From Ostrea edulis (lineage: Eukaryota): a DNA stretch of 64,000 nucleotides. This document shows positions 24,526 through 33,534 of the stretch, in pieces (position 1 is the first letter of the stretch; every line of letters starts with the position of its first letter). The stretch lies in the NCBI RefSeq assembly GCF_947568905.1, contig NC_079167.1, positions 124,001 to 188,000 on the forward strand, given 5' to 3'. Below the pieces are notes generated by a model that was not told the origin of the DNA, searched no databases, and saw only the letters and a program-made list of their open reading frames with translations. The position numbers were made by a program, and so were the translations under genes.

Positions 24526-24948
24526 ATGAGCCATTTCCTGTCCATGGTGTTTCAAGAATTTACTAACTTTGACTATGTTGACACCATATATTGTGATGTT
24601 AATAATATTCCTTTCAACTTTAACAAAAATAACATTTCACTACAAATTCCATGTATGGATTTCTGTGATTCTCAAGTTGTTATATCCTTTAAGTACCTAG
24701 GTACACATAAAAACACTATTTACTACATAGGCAAACAAAGCAAAAAAGTTAGAGAATGCAAATACTTCCATACATTTTTATTACTAATATATGACACTGT
24801 CAATGAGCAAGGCATTATTATAAATACACCATTCACTAAATCTATCTCTTGGTTTGCACACAAAATGTACCACAATCTTAAACTTTCAGTGTGTTACGAT
24901 ATTTTCAGATTTTATTTCATGCACGATATAAATTTTTCTCATTGGTAA
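24526..24948 (+). CDS. Unknown 140-aa ORF2 downstream of the RT
   Basis: ATG-initiated, 140 open codons in very AT-rich DNA, same strand as RT; no domain recognised. Confidence 0.45.
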   Translation: MSHFLSMVFQEFTNFDYVDTIYCDVNNIPFNFNKNNISLQIPCMDFCDSQVVISFKYLGTHKNTIYYIGKQSKKVRECKYFHTFLLLIYDTVNEQGIIINTPFTKSISWFAHKMYHNLKLSVCYDIFRFYFMHDINFSHW

Positions 24949-25183
24949 ATATGTGTCTGTCTGAGGTTTATTGTGTTATACATGGTATTGGTTTTTTCAA
25001 CTAAACATATTCATAGACTACAGTATTTCATAAACTATAGCTACAGATTTAAATATATACATATACGGACTTTGTCAATGGATACGAAATATTAACACTA
25101 TATGTATGTTATTAAAAATAATATATATACTGTAATTGTATACAGAATATAAGCACGCTACATATGTTAGTACAATTTGTATA

Positions 25184-25297
25184 TATATAGACTTTATTAG
25201 TGTGTATGGACTATAAACACACTACTTGTGTTATAACACATTTATATAGACTTTGTTAGTGTGGATGGACTATAAACACACTACTTGTGTTATAACA
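25184..25297 (+). repeat. 59-bp tandem duplication inside the element
   Basis: tatatagacttt(a/g)ttagtgtg(t/g)atggactataaacacactacttgtgttataaca twice; mirrored in the left arm. Confidence 0.9.
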
Positions 25298-26194
25298 ATT
25301 CATATAATACATATAATTACACAAATGTACTAATTATTGTTATAGCAATATTTATACATCGCATTGTAATTATTTTTTTAAGTTATGACAATATAGTATA
25401 ACTTTTAGTCATAATAATATGTATTGAATTTTATGTGTACACATTATATATAGTATGATAAAGATATTACAATTTCCTCAATCTCCATTAAATCACTAAA
25501 ATTATTCAAATTAATCATATATATAATCACATATATAATCACAATTTCTTATTTTCATCTCAAATCAACATATTCATATTCATGTCAATATAAAAACCCA
25601 TGGTTTTTCTTTTAATTCCATTATCAATTATTATTCCTCACTCCATTATCTATTATCAATTATTATTCCCCATACTAATTTTAAATTAAATTTTTGTTTT
25701 TTTTAATATTGATTTTACATATATTAATTCATTATTTATACTGATTGATATTATTATTATATTATTTGTACTGATTCAATAAATTCATAAACTTCAAATG
25801 CTTCTACATTGTTATTTATATAACGGTATACCATATCACAGTTTTCGCGGAAAAATCACTAACTCAAATGCACGTCATAATAGTAACATACGCAATCAAT
25901 CACGTCATAACATTAACATACGTAATTAATCTCGTCATTTCCATTTCGAATCCTTTAGTTCAGTTGGGTTTTCACTAAGTTCCTTCCGTTTGGTAAGTAA
26001 AACCCATTTAAATATGTTATAATTACGTTATTATTGTCTACAACATTAATTAATTTAAGCACTTTTAGCGATCTTTACAGTCAATTCATTACCTATGCAT
26101 CTTTGTCGGCAATAACTTAATTGTTTAAAAAATTCTTTTATTAGTTATAGCATAAATTCTATTAGTTATAACTAAAATATACGTTCACCAAATA

Positions 26195-26505
26195 TCATTT
26201 TAGCACTATTAATTCAGCTAATGTTTACCACCATAACTAAAGGGTCCTTTCATCGTTCAAATGTTATATATCCGTCAATTACAGTTTAACATTATAAATT
26301 TATACACTATCTTTTTAGCACTGTAACATTAACAAATATTTACTACCATAAACAAAAAGGTTCTTATCGTACAGTGTATATGCTTTCATCGTTCAAATGT
26401 TTATACTAAATCCGTCAATTACAGTTTAACATTATATTTTATACGCAATCTTTAGCACTGAAACGTTAACAAATATTTACTACCATAACTAAAAGTTTCT
26501 TAACG
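26195..26505 (+). repeat. ~137-140-bp degenerate tandem repeat inside the element
   Basis: catcgttcaaatgtt, tccgtcaattacagtttaacattata and taccataa blocks recur at ~137-140-bp spacing. Confidence 0.8.
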
Positions 26506-26614
26506 TATATACTTACAAAACCGTACAACATCTAATTTTACAAACATCAATAATTATTATATTAAACTTAATCTTACAGCATTATAATAAATTTTTGGCC
26601 TTCGGTAGCGTATG

Positions 26615-26686
26615 GTCTCCGTGGCCGAGTGGTTAGAGCTCATAATCACAAGGTATACCGTCGAGAGTTCGAGTCCTGCTTACGCA
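26615..26686 (+). tRNA. tRNA-derived pseudogene / SINE-like head with intact Pol III A and B boxes
   Basis: A box TGGCCGAGTGG (26622-26632) and B box GTTCGAGTCC (26667-26676) at tRNA spacing (45 nt); acceptor and T stems pair poorly, so not a functional tRNA. Confidence 0.65.
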
Positions 26687-27044
26687 TATAAATAAATTTT
26701 TAACAAATTTTTTTTCTCTCTTTCTTTCTTTCCCTCTTTTTTCTCTCTATATGAATATGGATATGGATTACAATTATTATTATATTATATGTATATATCT
26801 GTGCATATGTAAATGTATGTTTATGTGTTTATATGTAAAATATTATGCTATAATATCACGGGTATAAAAATTTTTAAAATCAATTATTATAGCCATTAAT
26901 ATAGTCATAATTTAATCTATGTCATACTAATTTGTTATATGAACTAACTCACTAACCTTTTTACTTTATTACTTTATTATTTTATTACGATATACATCTT
27001 TAGTTTACATACATAATACATACTATCGAATAAGAGTTAGGGAG

Positions 27045-27114
27045 CCATGTCGTGCTATAAGCTGGATCTAGCTACAGAAACATGGTACAGGGTATGAGGT
27101 GTAGCACCTGATGA
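27045..27114 (+). ncRNA. Candidate hammerhead-like ribozyme with permuted segment order
   Basis: CCATGT-C-GTGCTA ... GAA-ACATGG ... TAGCAC-CTGATGA: stem III (6 bp), GUC site, stem I (6 bp) and both core strands present; stem II not resolved. Confidence 0.4.
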
Positions 27115-27845
27115 CGACCTCAAAATTCTTGCCTAATGACGATCTCAAAATTGTTGTATGGCAAAATTTATAATTAATAACTAATAACTAGTAGCACTCT
27201 ATTATCAAAATTTTCTTTGGCGACCCTACCCTAATTCTTTTCTGTATATATTTTAGTTATTTCACATGTATATACATACCTACATGTACATCCCTATTAC
27301 TATTACCTGTTACTAATATTACTAATTATTACCTTCTATTAAAATCCAAATCCAAATAAATATTAAATATTCTGTTATTTATAAAATATAATATATTAAA
27401 CATAAATTATTATTATAATTAGATCTATTATAATTATATCTATTAAATAAATCAAATCAAATAAAAATCATTATATTAAATTTTCTTGATCAATTTTATT
27501 AATCATTTATAAGTTACTTCTTTATTTGATTATAATTTATGACATATGACCACATGTATGTGTCCGGCCATCAAAAGACAGTACCACAGTCATTAGACGT
27601 GTTGGTACACGATGGTCCTTATTTATTTATATTTATTTATTTTTAAACCATGGGACAACCCATACGTCCCATACGGAGCATATGTATGTTACTACAACAC
27701 ACTTCAACTTCACTACGTTGGTGCATTTGGGAGGTGTTGGAGGGTGAGGCTGGATCGCAATGAGATGGATAGTATTATGGCAGATAATACAGTCACCATT
27801 CGGTTAACGATATATAGTTAACCAATCCTACGAATATCAAACAAA

Positions 27846-27903
27846 AAAAGAACCAACTTTGGTTGACAGGATCACGAAAAGAGCGAAATGCGCTTGATGT
27901 TCG
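27846..27903 (+). repeat. Right copy of the 58-bp target-site duplication
   Basis: See 18801-18858; preceded by c plus an A-run extended by 3 nt. Confidence 0.93.
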
Positions 27904-28230
27904 AACGTATTAAGCTTACAGATACACCAAAACTAACAGTACAAGGTGATGAACAAAAGGTATGGGGAGAAAAGGTATGTTTTATGACAAGGTATGAAGA
28001 TGGCGATACATCAAATAACTGGCCTATCACGTGGCAAAAGATTAGAGGAAACACAATAAAACAGCTAGACATAAGTACAGAGAGGTACAGAGGTAGCTCC
28101 AGTCAACAACTGGTGATCTCAAGGGTTAGCAAAGATGATCAGGGAGAATATCGTGCCACTGTATTACGTGAGGAGAAGGGAACGCACATCCTAATCCCTA
28201 GTAACACCATCTACCTTACGGTGACAGGAG
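27904..28230 (+). pseudogene. Remainder of copy-A exon (Ig-like domain) after the insertion
   Basis: Paralogous to copy B 32547-32873; ends GGAG|gtaat. Confidence 0.85.
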
Positions 28231-28556
28231 GTAATCACTTGAATGATCATGTTTTAAGCATTTAATTAATCGGAAAATGTGAGAAAATATATTGTATATC
28301 AGAAAATTAACACGCAGAGTTCATTTTCGCTATATTCACTGAAACAAAATTTCCGTTAATTTAACATTCAGTGAGTTAATCTTTCATATTCATACGAAAT
28401 CGGGTTCACAATATTAAGATTAGTTTTTCCGCGAATTAAACTTACCGCGATTTGTTGCTAAATGAAAAAAAAATCGAGATTTTTTCCCGACTGCGCTATT
28501 AACCTGCTATACAGTAATGTTCTTAAAGACGTTTAGTGCATGCAATAATCTTCCAG

Positions 28557-28829
28557 ATTTACCGATTTTGGAGATAGAAAATGCAATCGATGAAGGAGAC
28601 ATAATAACGATTCATTACTGCGTTTATGACAACGATCAATCACCAGCTGTGCATAATATTGTGTGGACCAACAACGGAAAATCTTTAGAGACAAATGCAG
28701 CTAAGTACAGCGGTGAACGATTAATGGATACATACTTAACGATACACTCTCCAACATTGACTGACATTGGGCAGTACAGTTGTGAAGTTTCCAACGCCGT
28801 GGGATCCGTCACGAAGTTCATAGATCTGC
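28557..28829 (+). CDS. Copy-A Ig exon (273 bp, phase 1-1)
   Basis: ttccag| ... |gtaag; DIGQYSCEVSNAVG; paralogue of 33047-33319. Confidence 0.75.
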
Positions 28830-29235
28830 GTAAGATATAATTTTATGATATTTGCACTTTTTTTACCTTACCAACTGCAGATGACAAAGAGTGAGCAATT
28901 TCATTGATGTTACAGGGATCTCAACAGTCCCCTTTAAAATCAGTATGTCGCCGATCTAAGAACAAGGTACGATTGTATAGGTAAAAAGGCCCAAAATTTG
29001 TTCTCTCTAAAAATGTGTCTGGAATTAACCTCAATAAGCGTTTTAAGAAAGTAAAATATATGCCATGTATACTATGTCAACATAATCAGAATGATATTTC
29101 TAATTGGATAGCATTATGACATCATGAATAAGACATTTCCCGCCTTTTTTGAAAATAAGCCTGAAAACTGTCAAATGTCATACAGATTATTGCTCAGGAA
29201 AAGATGTGCGCATTTGTCGAGCAAAATAAAGATGA

Positions 29236-29535
29236 TCTCTACAGCCCAGTAGCTAAGTACTTCGTTACTAGCTTGAAAATACGGATGTATATTTAATTGC
29301 TGTTATAAAACTTAGAAATTCATTTCAAAATTTAGGATTATCTCCCTCATGCATAGCTCTTATCCTTGGACGAATTTGGCTCCACTTTTTGGCACGCTGT
29401 TTTTGGCTATATTTACCTCCAAAACTTCATAGTTATTTCGGATTTCAAACATTTCGGTTGTGCATCACTGAAGAGGCATTATTTGTCGAAATGCGCATCT
29501 GGTGCATCAAAATTGATACCGTGTAAGTTTTACAT
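29236..29535 (+). mobile_element. Non-autonomous PLE-like tail carrying a hammerhead core (other copies about 33915-33990, 34030-34285, 41360-41655, partial inverted 56130-56182)
   Basis: CTGAAGA-GGCA-TTATT-TGTC-GAAA-TGCGC-ATCTG-GTGCA-TC (29468-29508); dispersed copies share the upstream ~250 bp. Confidence 0.7.
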
Positions 29536-31966
29536 ATATATTGTGTATTATTTTAAGATGAAAAACATATTTGAATATGAATTTGCTCGACGCAGGCGCT
29601 GTATGTTTTCTGAAGAGAAAACCACCTGAATTTATGGATTTTTTCATTGAAAATGGCATTTTTGCAATTTCATGCCAACTTCTAGCTCTCGTCATATGAC
29701 ATAAATCATTTACTGATCAAACTGAGCAGATTTTGATTTTGTTAATCCATTCCTTATTTGAATGCCAGGGTTTGAGCTCCAAGTGAAATCATCGATATTT
29801 CGGGCCAAATGACTTTAGAAACTGTACCTACTTCTTTAATTGACAAATACAACCTGTCATAAGGTCAAACCTGATGAGAATATAGGGCTCACGGCGGGTG
29901 TGACCGGCCGACAGGGGGTTCTTACTCCTCCTAAGTTACCTGATCCCACCCCTTGTGTGTCCAGGGGTCCGTGTTTGCTGTCTATATTGTATTGCTGATA
30001 GGAGTTATGAGATTGCAGAAATATCTACTCAAGCACCCATCACATCTAAAACATGTATGCCAAACCTCTTGGAACATGTCCACAGGGACGACCTTCTATA
30101 TATTGCGTAATTTGCGACCCCTCTCTTCATCAGTTTTAACATTTTAAAAGTGTTCTGGAACATTTTCTGGAATCCAGTCTGCATTTGCGTTTCTTTTTTC
30201 CCTCTTAGTTTTTCCCATTATTCTACAAATATTTAATTCATGTGTAGCATTATTTATTGTCCATAAGCTACCTGTACGTACCTTCATAGCTATATAGATT
30301 TAGAAACAATTTATTTACCTTGTCATGAATCTTTCAAGAAATATTTCATCTGTCAATCACTGTTTATACTCTTTTAAGTTAATTCAACTAGAAGTTGAAA
30401 TTTCACAAGGTATTTTAAATACTTTTAGAAATTTTACAATGCTTCATAAGGCTTGATAAAGATATATTGTATAGCTATATTGCTAAAGAAAGAGGCTGAA
30501 GTGGACCGTGGCAGCGATAAGATGTCTTTTGTTATATTGAACAGCCAAAATTTAATCGTAATTGATCAATTTTACAATCTATAATTAATGATAACACATT
30601 TTCTAAAAATAAGAATGAAAATGTATACTGTAAACATCAACATGCGGCACATCAAAGACTCGACGAAGATGTACCTTTTAAACGACACGTGACCCGAAAT
30701 ACACAAAATGAAGGGGGTAAGAAATACGCTATTAACTCCAACGAATTTATTGTAATTAAGTTTAGTAAAGTTGCATTCGAAAGTGTATAAAATTACCTTT
30801 CCGGCAGTATATAATGTGTATTGTTTCGTCAATCGTAACATTCACAACATTGATGAAAATAACAATGTCACCGTTTTGGACACGCAAAATTCTCCGATCG
30901 CGATTGCATGCCAATTAATAAAAGTGTTAATCATACTGTTTATTTTTAGCATATCACTTGTTAATTGTGTGAATACGTAGAATAAACCTTCCTGGACGTG
31001 ACTGCAACAATATTTTCTTTTTCTTTCACGTTTAGTGTGAACTGTTACTGAATAAACCCGACGACTTCCAATAATTGGGGTGCCCAAAATGACTAATTGT
31101 TCATGACACTATTAGAGGTTAACATCATTTTCACAACAGCAAGTCGCAATGACAATAAACGTAACAAAGTGAGCTTAAAATGCTTCAGAATTCAAACAGT
31201 CTACTGAATACAGATGACAAAAGTGAAGATAACGAAAAGTGATCAATGCAATCAACTGATTCCTAGAGCGAATACATTTTAATAGGACAGACACGGACCC
31301 CTGGACACAACAGTTGTAGAATGAAGTGGCTAGGAGTAAGCGTTCTCTGTAGACCGATCACATCTGTCTTTGTCAGACAAAAGAAGAAATGCGTAGTCAT
31401 AAGTATGTAAAGAACCTGCGAATTGGTATGAAATATGTCAGACAGACATCGTCCTAATGGCAGGTTGAATTTGTTATTAAGATATTATAAAGATCTTAGA
31501 ATTTACAAAATGTCCATTTAAAACGAGATCGTGGCAACCCCTTTCACATCAATCTATTTGTCAGCAGCCTGTCTTGATTTAAACAATGGTCATACACAGA
31601 ACAAGCTACTGTAGAGGAACATACGCGCCGTATACGCGAGAACATGCTATGTTTATGAGGCATTTTTAATTAAATGGTTTCGAAAGTCTGATTTAAAATA
31701 CACGTTTCGCAAATGTGTTTTACATCCTTCATATCAAATTTTAGGTCGGTTTTCGCACATTGATTTTGACCACCCATTACTCCGTTAACCTCTTCAAAAT
31801 ATAGGGCTCATGACAGGTGTTACTGGTCAGTACGGAATATTTACTCCTCACAAGTACTATAGCTTAGCTTTGTTCGTCATTATCATTTTTTTTTTATTCT
31901 GAAAGGTGACGTTAAAGAACATTCATAATACTTCATATGCATGCTTTTAGATGAGGTACTGCAATT

Positions 31967-32873
31967 ATGGCTTCAAAACATCTGGTACCCGAACAGCAAA
32001 ACTTTGTTCGACTATCTTTTGCCTGTTTGGATGAAATTCGAGTAATGCTGGGAGACATTCTACACTGCCAGATACCACCAGAAGATCTCTTCAAGAAAAT
32101 CCAAGCTACCACGACATTGTTAATCGGAAACCAACAGCTCAGTCCAGAACAATTAAAACTTTGTTATAATCCTTGTCCTTTTGTCCCAGACTATCAATAT
32201 TTCGATATCACCTTACTGTACAAGCTCATCCGGAACCTGTGTCAAACATTACAACCTTCACAAGGATGGGGACAAAAACCCCGCAAGACAGACATCAAAA
32301 TCGGAGATGATATTGAACGCCTCAGATTATTTAGAAATGGGATGATTGGACATGCGGGGTCTTCCTGTGTACCTGATGGTATATTTGCTTCCAAGTGGAG
32401 TGAGCTTGAAAATATTTTTAAGAGGATACAGGGATTTTTATCATTAAACGGAATCACAAAAAACTTCGTGGAACAACTTGTATCTCTCAAACGAACCGAC
32501 TTTGGTTGGCAGGATCACGAAAAGAGCGAAATGCGCTTGATGTTCGAATGTATTAAGCTCACAGCGATACCAAAACTAACAGTACAAGGTGATGAACAAA
32601 AGGTATGGGGAGAAAAGGCATGTTTTATGGCAAGGTATGAAGATGGCGATACATCAAATAACTGGCCTATCACGTGGCAAAAGATTACAGGAAACACAAT
32701 AAAACAGCTAGACATTAGTACAGAGAGGTACAGAGGTAGCTCCAGTCAACAACTGGTGATCCCAAGGGTTAGCAAAGATGACCAGGGAGAATATCGAGCC
32801 ACTGTATCACGTGAGGAGAAGGGAACGCACATTCACATCCCTAGTAACACCATCTACCTTACGGTGACAGGAG
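31967..32873 (+). CDS. Host gene copy B, coding exon 1: DZIP3-type HEPN plus first Ig-like domain
   Basis: Acceptor ttttag| at 31950; RLFRNGMIGH; DQGEYRATV; donor G|gtaatt; no signal peptide visible. Confidence 0.85.
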
Positions 32874-33046
32874 GTAATTGCTTGCATAATTATGGGTCAA
32901 AGTATTTTTAAATAATGGAATTACTAAAAAAAAAAAGAAATGATATAAGGTTTTTAAAATCGAACTGTTTAAGTACATGTAATATCAAAATTAATCGAAT
33001 CGATTGTGCATTCAAATATATATATTCCACATAATTATTATCTCAG

Positions 33047-33319
33047 ATTTACCAACTTTGGAAATAGAAAATGCAATATCTGAAGAAGACAGAATAATCA
33101 TTCATTACAACGTTAGTGTCGATGATCAATCCCCAGCTGTGCATAGCGTTATGTGGAGCAAAGATGGAGAACATTTAGAGAAAACTGGAGATAAGTACAG
33201 CGGTGGACAATTAATGGATACGTACTTAACGATACACTCTCCAACATTGAATGATGCTGGTCAGTACAGTTGTGAAGTTTCCAATGCCGTAGGACCCGAC
33301 ACGAAATCCATACATCTGA
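33047..33319 (+). CDS. Exon: Ig domain 2
   Basis: ctcag|...|gtaagt, 273 bp; DAGQYSCEVSNAVG. Confidence 0.85.
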
Positions 33320-33534
33320 GTAAGTTATTCCTATCTTAATAAAAATCAAATGGTGAAGATAGTGAACAGTTATCAATCTCATAACTTCTACGAAATTTAA
33401 AGTACAGCAAACACGGACCTCTGAGTATACTATAGATGAGATTGAATTTTGTTTTTAAACATCAACTTTGTTTATCCATTTTTATGATATACGTTATGAA
33501 CTTTTATCTAGTTTGTTTTTCTAATGAAAGGTGA

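Larger units (their letters stand above)
18859..27841. mobile_element. ~9-kb head-to-head palindromic insertion of an AT-rich Penelope-like retroelement
   Basis: Left arm 18859-22988 is the reverse complement of right arm 23702-27841 (mirror positions sum to 46690 inside a 10-bp indel); 713-bp spacer; 58-bp TSD; absent from paralogue B. Confidence 0.93.
17335..28840 (+). repeat. Segmental duplicate A of the 5' part of the host gene (paralogous to 31101-33340), interrupted by the 9-kb insertion
   Basis: Colinear high identity from ttcatgacactattagaggttaac (17335 and 31101) through two coding exons; the intervening introns differ. Confidence 0.9.

Noticed and set aside
26615-26686. Functional tRNA (apparent anticodon ACA)
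   Set aside because: Acceptor, D and T stems are largely unpaired; kept only as a tRNA-derived promoter module.
18859-27841. Interpretation as a DNA transposon or linear virus with 4-kb terminal inverted repeats
   Set aside because: The arms include half of the RT gene itself, no transposase or DNA polymerase is present, and the long TSD fits target-primed reverse transcription better.
27820-27850. Telomeric-repeat tail as in Athena-type elements
   Set aside because: taaccaatcc is only vaguely like (TAACCC)n and is not repeated.
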